Shown: one piece after another, positions 25,501 to 36,795 of the stretch
How the letters are laid out: each line of letters starts with the position of its first letter
Numbering within the stretch: the first letter of the stretch is position 1
Program-made: the position numbers and the translations under genes
Assembly: GCA_963924565.1 (NCBI GenBank)
Contig: OZ004608.1
Location: 16,554,001-16,618,000 of the forward strand
Direction: 5' to 3'
Length of the DNA stretch: 64,000 bases
Origin: Ascidiella aspersa
Taxonomy: Eukaryota
The notes under the pieces: model-generated
What the model was told of the DNA's origin: nothing
Database searches by the model: none
What the model saw: the letters and a program-made list of their open reading frames with translations, nothing else

Positions 25501-26217
25501 GCCACGATTAGCGCAACAATTGCGCCGAGCTGTGTGCCAAGTCAGCTAAATTACAAGCCGCGGTTGAGGGAAAATAAGTTGTGTCCATTGCACACTTAGC
25601 ACGTGGTGTAAGAGTATGCTTAAAGAGCATAATTTTGCGTTAAACATCATTACTTAAAAATGGAGACTTTGAAACGCGCACGACAGTCACCATTATACCT
25701 CCTTTTAAGAATCTGCTTCAGTTAAACAAATGAAACGGTGTTACACTAAGGAACATACTGCGTATAACTCGACGTTTTTTAACGAGAAAAAATAAAGAAG
25801 GTTTGATTAGCGTTGTCAATTGTAGAATACACACTTGCTAATCAGTCAACCTACACAAATAACGAAAGAGAAAAATTCCAGCGTTTATGGTCGGCCAAAC
25901 AAAAGACGAAAAACGGCGTTTTGCACTCGATTTTGGTTTCGCATTAGATTAAGACGCGTGACCCAATTACTTTAAAAGCACGCCGCTTCAAACAGTTTGT
26001 TAAACCATGACAAAAACGAACAAAAAACGATATTATCACTTACAAAAAGAGGGTAATAACTCCCACCCCCCTGGATACGCCACTGGGGGCAATGGATAAT
26101 GTATAATATTTTTAACCTTAATATACATATTACACTTAAATATAATACTAATAATCGCATTTTGAAATTCCAGGGGGGGGCAAGTCTCCCCCCCCCCCCC
26201 CCTTGCGGGCGCCCATG
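22544..26217 (+). mobile_element. hAT-like non-autonomous element enlarged by an internal duplication of flanking DNA
   Basis: Termini CAGGGGCGGCCGCA / TGCGGGCGCCCATG; perfect 8-bp TSD CCAGTCGA (22536-22543, 26218-26225). Confidence 0.85.
24444..25057 (-). pseudogene. METTL4: Second copy of the METTL4 3'-end fragment with the same MITE (24526-24991)
   Basis: Duplicate of 20688-21301, including the ATTTCTAG TSD (24518-24525, 24992-24999). Confidence 0.85.
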
Positions 26218-27131
26218 CCAGTCGATAGCTAAGAAAAAGTTGTTTGGGCCCAGTTAAGATACAATAGTCAGCCCGTAAGTGACTCTAGTGAGTCCCGAAA
26301 GAAACTGATTCTAAATCCAATCCCGATGACTTAATGAAGCCGAAACAAAATGCCAATTAAGATAACAACACTGGGGTGCGATTAGCATTGCTTCGACGCA
26401 GAATGCGAATAAGAAATAAATCTGCCACGATAACACAGACGTATTCACGCAAAAGTGCGAAAGCATTGACCAGCTGGCAACAAATAACCCTACAGCGCCC
26501 TCGGTTAAGAACCACTGTTGTAGAACAACTATTTTTGATCGAAACTAGCAATATTCAATGCTATTTGTAGATTAAGCTATAAAACAGTAGATGATACCTA
26601 TCAAGAGAAACCATTTGGCATAATTAAAGCCCACTGTCCCACAGCGTTGTACAGCTTTTTAAAGCAACTGTGCTCCTTGTTGACAAATGACATGTATTTC
26701 AGGGCTGCCACTCTCAAAATTAAAAAAAACACTAGATTGGACCATAAAAAAACACTAGATCCGGAGAAAAACCACTAGATTGTTATCGCGACAACATATT
26801 GCCATTTTTATGTTGATTTAACATCTCCAGACGTTTAATCAATGTAAAAACAGACTACTTTTTAAGTCTGTGTGCCATAATTGCGTTATTAAAGCTACTA
26901 TTTGCTAAATATACACAACAAAAGCTCTGCTTTTATTACCGTTTTTTGTTGAATATTAAGGCACCTACTTAAACAAATGTAGCAACAGTGGTTTTGAGTT
27001 TGGCAGTATTATTGTTTTATGCTTAACACTGTCTTTGTACGGTACATTAAACGCCACTTGTGTTTGGTAGTTTTAACTTTATATAGCAAGCTTGGCATAT
27101 TGCTGAATATCTATGAGTCTTGTCCGGTTTC

Positions 27132-27332
27132 AATGTTGCACTCATCACCTTGACCCTTGCAAGATAAATGTCGACCTTAATTCCTGATCAGTAACAGCAA
27201 AATAATCTAGCAAAGCTAGCAATTCAGGTCAGACACATTAACCAGATCTTAAAAAGATATATATATATTTCGCCAACTAAGGCATCGTCAGTACATCTGA
27301 ATGAAAACAAACGCAACAGTATAAGAATGAGT
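27132..27332 (-). mobile_element. Solo Penelope-like pseudo-LTR with hammerhead (27255-27298)
   Basis: Near-identical to 14462-14634 and to the reverse complement of ~15111-15250. The stem I change GATATA>GATGTA keeps pairing through a G-U wobble. Confidence 0.78.
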
Positions 27333-27909
27333 ATTTAATCTTTAATGTTTCTGACAAAAACTTGTTTTTTCGTGGTGGAGTTACGTCACACTCCGACTAT
27401 GATATCAATTGAACTGTTAAGTACAATAAAAGGGCCAATCGCGAAGATTGGGTTTGGGCCCTGGGGGCAGTTCTATTCACTATAAATGAGTATAACTGAC
27501 CCTGGGGGTCCTAGCCAGATGTTGCCAAAAATTCCCCCAAAAGATCGACTTTTTGAAAGAATTTTTTTTTTTGCCATCTAATTTATCAGCTTTACCTATA
27601 TACCCTACCTAGACCTGCTCCTTCCTCTCACTCCCCTTTTCTCCCTTTAGCACCTTTGGTTGGCAAGCGGTGATTGAATTGGCCCACACCCTACAGTGCG
27701 GCACTACAGCTGTACAAACTTCTAAATATAGTCTGCTGCCCGACACTAACAGCAATCAGTACAGAAACTTGTTATTAACAAGCATCGAGCCAGCGACGAT
27801 CACCAAACATGATCAGGCTTTTACATTTGATTTAAAAAAGGAAATTTTTCATTCACTTTACCATTTTTAACAATGGAAGCCGGGAAATAAACTAAAGTTT
27901 ATTACTCCA

Positions 27910-30900
27910 TGTAATGATTTATGTTTCTATTGTTGACTCTGATTTCTATGCTATCTGCTTCTGTGCGTTTCTCCTTTCTTTTCCTTGCCTCTCTCCGTAA
28001 TTATCATTATACGTCCCGCGTCTTGTTACATTCTTCCCTTCCCTTTATAACTCGTGTAGCTTTACTGTGCTTCGTCAGTCTTTGTCAGTTTCTCTTATTG
28101 GGTACTCTTTTATATTCGTTACTAATAACGTTCTTTTTGTTACAGCACTCTATGTTGTAAATTGTTGATTAAAGCTATAGTAAACGAACTTGACGACGTT
28201 TATTGTTAGTTACTTCAATTTAATCAACAAAATTTTCCATGATGGAAAACCGACAACTTTTGCGGCCTAAAACTTTGACGATCGAGCCCGAAGCTCCTAA
28301 TGCTGCTCGACACTTCGCGTATTGGTTACGCTCCGTTAACGACTTTATCGACCATCTCGACGAAGGCGATAACACCACTTCCGCTGCAAACAGGAAGCGC
28401 TTCATAGTCAACTGTTTATCTCCGGATATATTCTCTTATGTAGAGGATGTTGACTCCTTCGAAGAAATCGTCAGTACATTAAAACAAATGTACGTGAAGA
28501 AGAAAAATAACGTATTCGCTCGCTATATACTTGTAAGTCGTCATCAAGGCCCCGACGAGACACTCGCGGAGTATTTGCGGGAACTTAAACTTTTAGCGAA
28601 GGATTGTACTTTTCTTCCAGTATCGGCTCATCAATACAAAGACGATCTTACCAGAGATGCGTTTATAAACGGTCTTTCGGCTCCGTTCATCCGTCAACGT
28701 CTCTTGGAAATAGAAGATCTTGATTTAACTAAGGCTTCTCAGCTTGCTGAAAGCCTGTCCAAAACGCAGCAGCAGTCTGTTTTGATGGGCAAGACAATTC
28801 CTTCTATGGCGTCTGTTCCCGCCTTTAAAGAGCTGGAAAGCGACGGGAATGGAAGTACCGCCACTTCTTCCGAGTCTATTTCTCTGGCAACGGCTGACAG
28901 AAGCTTAAAAGCCAAAGGTAACTTGTGCTATTTCTGCGGTGGTGGACAGCACAGCAGCCGCGCGACCTGTCCTGCCCGTAACGCTACTTGTTACCAATGT
29001 GGAAAAAAGGGACACTTTTCACGAGTCTGCCAGAGTCGTTCTTCGTATTCCTCCCGCCGGGTGAATTCACGACCCGCGTCTCCGACCGCCGTTGGTTCTT
29101 CCATGATTTCTGGTCATCTTCCGCCCTCGTTTCTGGCCGGTGCTCCTTCCTGTCTGGGTCCTGCGTTAGTCGATGCGACTTTACAATCCACTCCGGTCCA
29201 AGTTTTGATCGACTCCGGGGCTTCCGAAAACTTTGTCAACAAAAGGTTAGCCACCAAGCTTCGTCTGAAGACCTTCGGACCCCACTCCTCCGTTTCCATG
29301 GCCTCCTCCCGTCTCTCTATCGCTACTTCGGGAAGAACCACCGCTACCATAGCCCTACTAGGTCGATCATACATCCTAACCTTTGGTGTTTTAGATGACC
29401 TTTGTGCTGACGTTGTTCTCGGTCAGGACTTTCTGAAGAAACATGTCGAGGTTAGTTTCTTCCTGGGTGGACCGGAAGCACCCCTGAAAATTGGATTCAA
29501 TGATTTCTCCCACCTTTCTTTGGCCGTCGCTGACTTAAACCCCCCTCGCCTATTTGAGTTTTTGCTTCCAGGTTGTACTCCCATAGCTGCACGCTCTCGT
29601 CGATATAGTAAAGAAGACTGGAATTTTATCAATGATGAGATCCGGCGTCTCTTGGAGTCTGATATTATAGAACCTGCTCGTTCTCCTTGGAGAGCTCCTG
29701 TACTAGTGGTCTCTCGTGGTAACAAGAAGAGACTGGTTGTCGACTACTCTCTCACCATAAACCGATTCACCCAGTTGGACGCCTATCCATTGCCGAAAAT
29801 TGAGGAAATAGTAAACAAGGTCGCTCAAGATAAGTTCTTTAGTTCGCTCGACCTGCGTTCCGCTTATCATCAAGTTCCGTTGTTACCTGGGGAGCGACAC
29901 TACACGGCTTTTGAGGCTGGCGGAAAACTGTATCAATACAAACGCCTGCCGTTCGGCGTCACTAATGGGGTCGCCGCGTTTCAGCGCGCTATTGACGAGT
30001 TTATTGAAGCTAATAAGCTGAAAAAGGTCTATGCCTATCTCGACGACATAACTGTAACGGGTTCGACTTTGGAGGAACATGACAGCAACCTTCGAGCTCT
30101 ACTTCAAGCTGCTGCTCGGCAGAATCTCACTCTTAATGAAGAGAAGTCAATGATTCGCCGTACTTCTTTAGATTTCCTGGGATACCGGATTAGTCAAAAC
30201 AAAATACAGCCGGATCCTCAACGTCTACAGCCTCTTCTCGAGCTCTCGCCACCCACGTCACCCAAAGCCTTGAAACGCGTCTTGGGGATGTTCTCCTACT
30301 ACGCTAAGTGGATCAAGGACTTTTCTCGTCGCGTACAGCCGTTGCTCACTGCAAATCGTTTTCCTCTGAATGAGACGGCCGTCCGTTCCTTCCGTGATTT
30401 AAAGACTGAGCTCGAAAGGATAACTCTTGGGGCTGTTCGCGACGGCGTTCCCTTCGAGGTGGAAACCGATGCTTCCGACTTCGCTATTGCTGCAGTTTTA
30501 TCCCAGAACGGGCGCCCTGTAGCTTTTATGTCACGTACTCTTAGCAAGTATGAGCGGAACTATCCTGCTATTGAGAAGGAAGCGACCGCCATTGTCGAAG
30601 CAGTCCGCAAGTGGGCTCACTTCCTAAAGGGCCGTAGTTTTACTCTCATCACCGATCAAAAGTCTGTGTCCTATATGTTCGACCGAACCAATCGAGGTAA
30701 AATTAAAAACGCCAAGATCACTTCGTGGAGGCTAGAGTTGGGTCAATATTCTTACGATATCCGTCATCGCCCTGGTGTTCAAAACGTGGTCCCCGACGCT
30801 CTATCACGGGTATGTGCTTTCACAGGTTCTACGCGAAATCTTGAGGAGTTGCATAAAGCGATGGGACATCCGGGATACGCCCGTATGTATCACTTCATAA

Positions 30901-32202
30901 AAAGTAAGAACCTACCGTTCACTCCCGAGGAAACCAAAGCCGTCGGGCGGAACTGTCGCTCTTGCGCCGAACTAAAACCACGTTTCTACAGACCGGAACC
31001 TCGGGATCTGGTAAAAGCAACGAGATCGTGGGAGCGACTGAGCATAGACTTCAAGGGTCCTGTACAGGGACCGAATCCGTACCTTCTAGTGCTAGTTGAT
31101 GAGTATAGTCGATATCCGTTTGTTTTTCCTTGCAGAGACATGACGTCCCGCTCCGTCATCGAGTGTCTCTCCGTCCTCTTCTGTTTATTTGGTTTTCCCG
31201 AATATATTCACAGTGATCGTGGGACCTCTTTTATCAGCAAAGAAACTCGTCAGTTTCTTACTACTCGGGGCATTGCAACGAGTAAATCGACACCCTATCA
31301 TCCACAAGGTAATGGTCAGTGCGAAAAGACAAACCAAACGGTTTGGAGAACTATTAAACTTCTCCTTCACAGTCGTGGTCTGTCAGGCAACCGCTGGGAG
31401 GAAGTGTTGCCAGAGGCTCTTCACGCTATTCGTTCGCTTCTCTGATTCCTCCGTTTCCCGAGACGAGCTTTAACCGGAACCGCTATGCCTTCGTGGCTAC
31501 TTAATCGAGGTGTTGTTCTTTTACGTAGGTTTGTTCGAACCAAGGGAGAGCCCCTGTGTGATCCTGTCACATTGCTCGACGCGAATCCATCCTACGCCCA
31601 TGTTCGGTTTTCTGATGGGCGCGAAAGTACAGTCTCTACATCCGACCTCGCTCCGTGTCCTGGTTCTCCTGAGTCGCTCCATGACGCTTTTCCCCCTCGC
31701 GACGCCGAAACCTCTCGGACCTCTGAAGGCGAGGCACCGGTACCGGTTGAAGATGAACCGACCTCTGAACCCGCCCCATCTCCTGGAGACGAAGTACCTC
31801 TCCCCGACATCCGACGATCGGGTCGTGAACGTCGGGCTCCTGTCCGCTACGGAGACTGGACTGTCTGAAGGGTCTTTTATCTAGAAGGGATGAATGTAAT
31901 GATTTATGTTTCTATTGTTGACTCTGATTTCTATGCTATCTGCTTCTGTGCGTTTCTCCTTTCTTTTCCTTGCCTCTCTCCGTAATTATCATTATACGTC
32001 CCGCGTCTTGTTACATTCTTCCCTTCCCTTTATAACTCGTGTAGCTTTACTGTGCTTCGTCAGTCTTTGTCAGTTTCTCTTATTGGGTACTCTTTTATAT
32101 TCGTTACTAATAACGTTCTTTTTGTTACAGCACTCTATGTTGTAAATTGTTGATTAAAGCTATAGTAAACGAACTTGACGACGTTTATTGTTAGTTACTT
32201 CA
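27910..32202 (+). mobile_element. Ty3/Gypsy LTR retrotransposon (Mag-like gag), full length, very young
   Basis: 308-bp TG...CA LTRs at 27910-28217 and 31895-32202 that appear identical; 5-bp TSD CTCCA; PPT AGAAGGGATGAA (31883-31894); PR-RT-RH-IN domain order. Confidence 0.97.
28239..31445 (+). CDS. Gag-Pol polyprotein in a single ORF; integrase truncated by an in-frame TGA, with the same frame continuing to 31868
   Basis: Zn knuckles CYFCGGGQH...C and CYQCGKKGHFSRVC; protease LIDSGAS; RT LPFG and YLDD; RNase H ETDAS; integrase HHCC and IDF...SDRG...E. Confidence 0.95.
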   Translation: MMENRQLLRPKTLTIEPEAPNAARHFAYWLRSVNDFIDHLDEGDNTTSAANRKRFIVNCLSPDIFSYVEDVDSFEEIVSTLKQMYVKKKNNVFARYILVSRHQGPDETLAEYLRELKLLAKDCTFLPVSAHQYKDDLTRDAFINGLSAPFIRQRLLEIEDLDLTKASQLAESLSKTQQQSVLMGKTIPSMASVPAFKELESDGNGSTATSSESISLATADRSLKAKGNLCYFCGGGQHSSRATCPARNATCYQCGKKGHFSRVCQSRSSYSSRRVNSRPASPTAVGSSMISGHLPPSFLAGAPSCLGPALVDATLQSTPVQVLIDSGASENFVNKRLATKLRLKTFGPHSSVSMASSRLSIATSGRTTATIALLGRSYILTFGVLDDLCADVVLGQDFLKKHVEVSFFLGGPEAPLKIGFNDFSHLSLAVADLNPPRLFEFLLPGCTPIAARSRRYSKEDWNFINDEIRRLLESDIIEPARSPWRAPVLVVSRGNKKRLVVDYSLTINRFTQLDAYPLPKIEEIVNKVAQDKFFSSLDLRSAYHQVPLLPGERHYTAFEAGGKLYQYKRLPFGVTNGVAAFQRAIDEFIEANKLKKVYAYLDDITVTGSTLEEHDSNLRALLQAAARQNLTLNEEKSMIRRTSLDFLGYRISQNKIQPDPQRLQPLLELSPPTSPKALKRVLGMFSYYAKWIKDFSRRVQPLLTANRFPLNETAVRSFRDLKTELERITLGAVRDGVPFEVETDASDFAIAAVLSQNGRPVAFMSRTLSKYERNYPAIEKEATAIVEAVRKWAHFLKGRSFTLITDQKSVSYMFDRTNRGKIKNAKITSWRLELGQYSYDIRHRPGVQNVVPDALSRVCAFTGSTRNLEELHKAMGHPGYARMYHFIKSKNLPFTPEETKAVGRNCRSCAELKPRFYRPEPRDLVKATRSWERLSIDFKGPVQGPNPYLLVLVDEYSRYPFVFPCRDMTSRSVIECLSVLFCLFGFPEYIHSDRGTSFISKETRQFLTTRGIATSKSTPYHPQGNGQCEKTNQTVWRTIKLLLHSRGLSGNRWEEVLPEALHAIRSLL

Positions 32203-35200
32203 CTCCATTTCAAGATTATAAAAACCACTAGATTCTCCAAGAAAATCACTAAACCACTAGATTATTTCAAAAACCACTAAATCTAGTGGAAAACCACTAG
32301 GAGTGGCAGCCCTGGCCCCTGATGTATTTTGATTTTTGAAATCGTAATGGTACGAAACAACAGGGTTAGTTACGTAACAATGAATAGGCTTCAAATTGGC
32401 AAAAAATATAAATAATGGCCTCGTGCCCAGTTTGTTTTGATGATTTGCGTTGGGGGTTCGGATCTGGCCTTCGGGCCGTAAGTTACCCACCCCTGATTTA
32501 ACCGGTCAAATACTCATATTGGAAGCAAATGTTGTAAATTTTATCAGGCTTGTTTTGTGATTTGAGTTAAAATCAAAATAATGACTTCAACACACAATGC
32601 TGCATACTTATACCAATATCTAGTATCATTGCTTATACTTGAGATTTTTAAGCTGTGATGAGGAGTTAAAACATTTGTTTTTTGCTTATACATTTACTTG
32701 CTGTTAAATTTCGTTAAAAACTTGTTGGCTTAACTTTGTGGTTGAATAGTACTACGGTATAAATGAATATAATATTGCTTGTAAGATGGACATAGTTTGC
32801 AATGATTCCTATTGATGGTCAAAAAATAAATGTTTTCTGTTTGACAACCATGTTACTTAAGCTAAGATTAAGGTTACCACCAAGGTTTATTTTTAATTTG
32901 AAATGCATTTTGTTAGTGTCTAGTATTTGACCTATTTGACGAGTATTTGACCGGTCAATTGACTGGATTTTATTTGACTGGTCTAATGCCCAAGCCCGAC
33001 CCTGTGAAAAACCATTGCTTACCATTAGTGGTACGCGTACCACAGGTTGTGAACCCCTGCTGTAGTGCGACGGCCCCGGTAAGGCCGAATGTCTTGAGTC
33101 GAGCCTCATCGCAGGCTATGTTGTTTACCTGGCCTGGCCTTGCTTGTACAAAATCCTAAATTAATCAACTGATTTCGGTTATCCCTTTAGAAGGCTTCCG
33201 GTTAACTATAATGTTGTCTTATATTAGAAATTGTTGCGGCAAAACAACCCCAGATTTTCATTGAATCAAGATTGTAATATATTTCCATAACTAAACATTT
33301 GTTGTTTTCAAAGGTCGGTCCGCGATAAACGAAACATTTTTAACTTTAGATCATCGTCGACAAATTTATGGCCATCTATAGGTAACGGAAAACAGTTCAG
33401 AAGCTTGGCGGATCTTAGATTTTTGTTCGGGGACCATACATTTTTAGGAATGTTACAAAAGCTACGTCAAAAAACAAAAGTCTTTTAAAACACCAGTTGT
33501 CATCTGGCAAACTTGTGCGCAAAAAAATATGCAGCTGAAAACTAATCTAATGTCAAACAAAGCGCGAAAAAAAATGCGTTTATTTGGTTTGAATGACTGT
33601 GCTTGTAACCTTCTTTAACAGCCATTGCATTTCGTCGACTTTATGATCTTTGAGCTGAATAAATTTGCTTTAACACGAACAAATACACAAAAAAAGACAG
33701 AAGTTAAAAATATAGGTAAAACCTGTGTAAGATCCAAGATATAAAGGTAAACCACCATAAGTATCAAATAAATTGCAGATATTTGAAAAAAAATATGCAT
33801 AGACTTGTGAAGTAGACAAAGTTATACATTGTTGCGGATTGCCAAAATTGAAATGCATTATACACAGGGACGTGCAGTCAGGAGAGGCAGGTGAGGCAGT
33901 GCCAACATCTGGCAAAGCAAAAGATATATCAAGCAAAAGTTATATCAGTTAATCTCTACCGCAAATTTTACGATTCTATACCTAAAGCGTGCTTTATTTT
34001 TTTTCTTCTATTTTGTTGCGTTATCCGTAGCAAGCGTTCACGCGGTCAAAATCACTGAAATACGAGAAGAGAGGCAGCGCCAAACCGTGCCTCTCTTCAG
34101 GTCACAGAATGCCATACACTGCATTATGCGTGCCTTTTTCTTTCTCCAATTCTCTCGGAAAAACATGATGAACGATTTAGCTATGATTTGAGGCATGCCT
34201 CAACCTCAATTATGACGTCCACTCTATGAAACCTTTCTTTGTGCAGCTTAAATGCCGGCATAGTGCGTGTACATTGACTTCTCGTAGTGTAAAGCTCTAG
34301 AGTTGAAGTCATAAATAAAAGCAGACCTATTGCACATTTAAAAGTTTTGCATCAGACGACTGGACAAAAAAATAACACGCAACTCTCTTGGTAAAAAAAA
34401 GAGATTGGTAAAAAAGGAGTGGATGCTGTGTGGCTGTTACAGGCGTAGCCAGGGTGGCCATGGCCACCCCAAAATGTTATAAATAGTGTACTCTTAATAA
34501 TAATTTGTTTTGTAGCTTTTATGAGCAGTACCACAACAGTCCATCACAGGCGTGCCACGCCATCAAATGTCATGCACTGTTACGTCATAAAAGATGTAGT
34601 CATTATTACGTTTGCTATATTAATGTGGTTTTACTACTGTACTTTTTGGTGATTTTGTTATTGCTCTCTGGATATTTTTTGAGTATTGCGCTAAAACTCA
34701 GTCAGTTGCTGCTCGAAACAGTTTGCCAGCATATTTATTTGTGTTCGATACGCAGTTTATACAATGGCAAAAGCTAAACAAAAAGAGTTCAAACTTTCTT
34801 TTTATTTTTATTCTTACTATACCGTTTTTTTCATTTTCAACATATTCGAAACGTTCAAAATGCTACCTACTTCTTTCGGCTTTGATATTCTTATTACGTC
34901 TTACTACAACCTCCAGCACTTATGCTCCAAGGTAGAGCAGAAAGATATTCTTGATTTGTTACACTCCAATCGAAAAAATATATTGTAACAAGAAGCTCAC
35001 CAATAAAAATGGAAATCTCAAGATTTTGAAATATCTCTCGGCACCCTTGAATAGCCAAGAAAATGTTGGTCTGAATACGTGCCCTTTAGCATGGTATTTA
35101 TAAATACAGATTCAATAAGCAAGCAAAGCGTTATGCAGTTAGTCATGCCTAAACGTGATGTCATCACAATAGAAAGCAACGGCAACCGACGCAAGAGTTA

Positions 35201-36172
35201 TTCATAATATTTCGAGGTGATATAATTGATAGTAATAGTTAGAAACTTAGTTACCAATAACACGTATTAAGAATAAATACTTTAATACTACTCAATTGGT
35301 AATACAAAGAGGGTATCAGTTTGAAATAGTTAGGCAGTCTGTACATATCTGTTTCAATAAACATTGCCTTAAAAGTTATAGGCCTACACAAGTTATCCTG
35401 AAGTTTTTAACCTCGCTAAAAGTTAATGCTTATTATAACAAAACATTTTAATTTGAAGAATGTATCTGATTTAAATAGTCGATATAAAGCTGGTGTATGT
35501 CATAAGTTCATTTGTAGCGTTAATTTAAATTTTATTTTGGTATTAATCATCACTATTGTTCGTACTTAAAGATAGTTCTCGTAGGACTTATTTAAATATT
35601 TAACCAACTGCTAGATATCCTGCTCTTGGTAATCGGTAGTTCGAATAGAATACCTTTTTATATTGCCTCAGAAATAAACATATTGATAAAAGTTACAGAA
35701 GTAAAATATATGGAACAAAATAAACACTTGTTTTATTAAGACTAATAGTTGTACTTTTAGACCATTTTAATAGATAAGCCCATCGAGAAATGTTTACCCC
35801 GTCGAGGTCAATTTAAATTCAGGCAATCTTGACGTCTGTTGACGTGTTCCATACAGCATGTCATGGCCAAAAAAATCGGTAATTTGTTGACGTAAAACGG
35901 CAAACTGGATTGTAGGGAATAATGCAGCATGTATAGAAAGCTGGTTACTTATAGTTTAAAAGTTAGTCCGCATAAAAAAAAAACAGTTCGCATATAATAG
36001 TAGCAGTGGAAAGTTAGACAGCAAGTGGAATTAACTTTGTTAAATAGCCTAAAGTATTGACTAGGAGCGCCACACACACGTCGATGATTGCACGTAGGAT
36101 CGAGGAACGTAAAAACATCCGGAGAATTATGCAAGGCTGAAAATGAGTAATACACTTTTATATTCCTTACGT

Positions 36173-36530
36173 CAGGGGTGGGCAACATACGGCCCGCGAG
36201 CCAGATCCGGCCCGCCAACGCAAATCATGCGGCCCTCGACCTATCTTACAAACTGGGCTCGAGGCCATTTCTCATGTTTTTGGTTTTTAAACTGCGCAAA
36301 TTTTTTTGGTGCTTTATGCAAATCTTGTTCCTGCATCGAATGTAAAGTGTAGTTTAGACCCATTTTCAACTGCACAATAGCATACCCTAAAAAGTGTTAT
36401 CCCCGATAACAGTCGTTAATGATGCTTGTTATAATAAGAGGGGTAAAGTCTATACACATTTATATTTTAACGGCCCCACCTTTCTGAGTTTGGTTTTGGC
36501 CAGCGACTAGAAAAAGGTTGCCCACCCCTG
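36173..36530 (+). mobile_element. hAT MITE ~265 bp upstream of the 7TM #4 start; absent upstream of #3
   Basis: TIR CAGGGGTGGGCAAC/GTTGCCCACCCCTG; perfect TSD CCTTACGT. Confidence 0.9.
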
Positions 36531-36795
36531 CCTTACGTGATGCATTGCATAGACAAAACTATAGTAAGCTAATGCGATACAACTATAGAGCACCGGTGAA
36601 ACTCACAAACTAACTATAAATCCGCGTCTTGTCATTTATTTGGGCGAGCTTTTCTAAAAATTTATTGTTATTTTTTGTCACACAACTAAGCAAAAAGTTT
36701 ACGCAGCATTTGTACATAAACGAGAGGTGGTTTTAAAACTATTTTTTTTAGGTGAACGTTTTACGGAAATTCCCAAAAGTGTTTTAAATAGACCA

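Larger units (their letters stand above)
20304..26133 (+). repeat. Recent local duplication: 20304-23628 copied at 24060-26133, the copy lacking ~1275 bp
   Basis: Near-identical sequence, with duplicate ORFs 20529/24285, 21044/24800, 22859/25364 and 23467/25972. Copy 2 jumps from the equivalent of 21445 to 22721 at ~25226. ~430 bp of unrelated filler lies at 23629-24059. Confidence 0.9.
26700..32321 (+). mobile_element. hAT MITE hosting the nested Penelope fragment and Gypsy element
   Basis: TIR CAGGGCTGCCACTC (26700-26713) / GAGTGGCAGCCCTG (32301-32314) plus an extra GCCCCTG; TSD ATGTATTT (26692-26699, 32322-32329); CACTAGAT subterminal repeats at both ends. Confidence 0.75.

Noticed and set aside
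20529-26160. Pairs of near-identical small ORFs (63, 67, 61 aa)
   Set aside because: By-products of the recent duplication and MITE repeats, not conserved genes.
27921-28160. 79-aa hydrophobic ORF in each LTR (also 31906-32145), env-like at first glance
   Set aside because: It lies in pyrimidine-rich U3 sequence, so the Leu/Phe/Ser bias follows from base composition; no env motifs.
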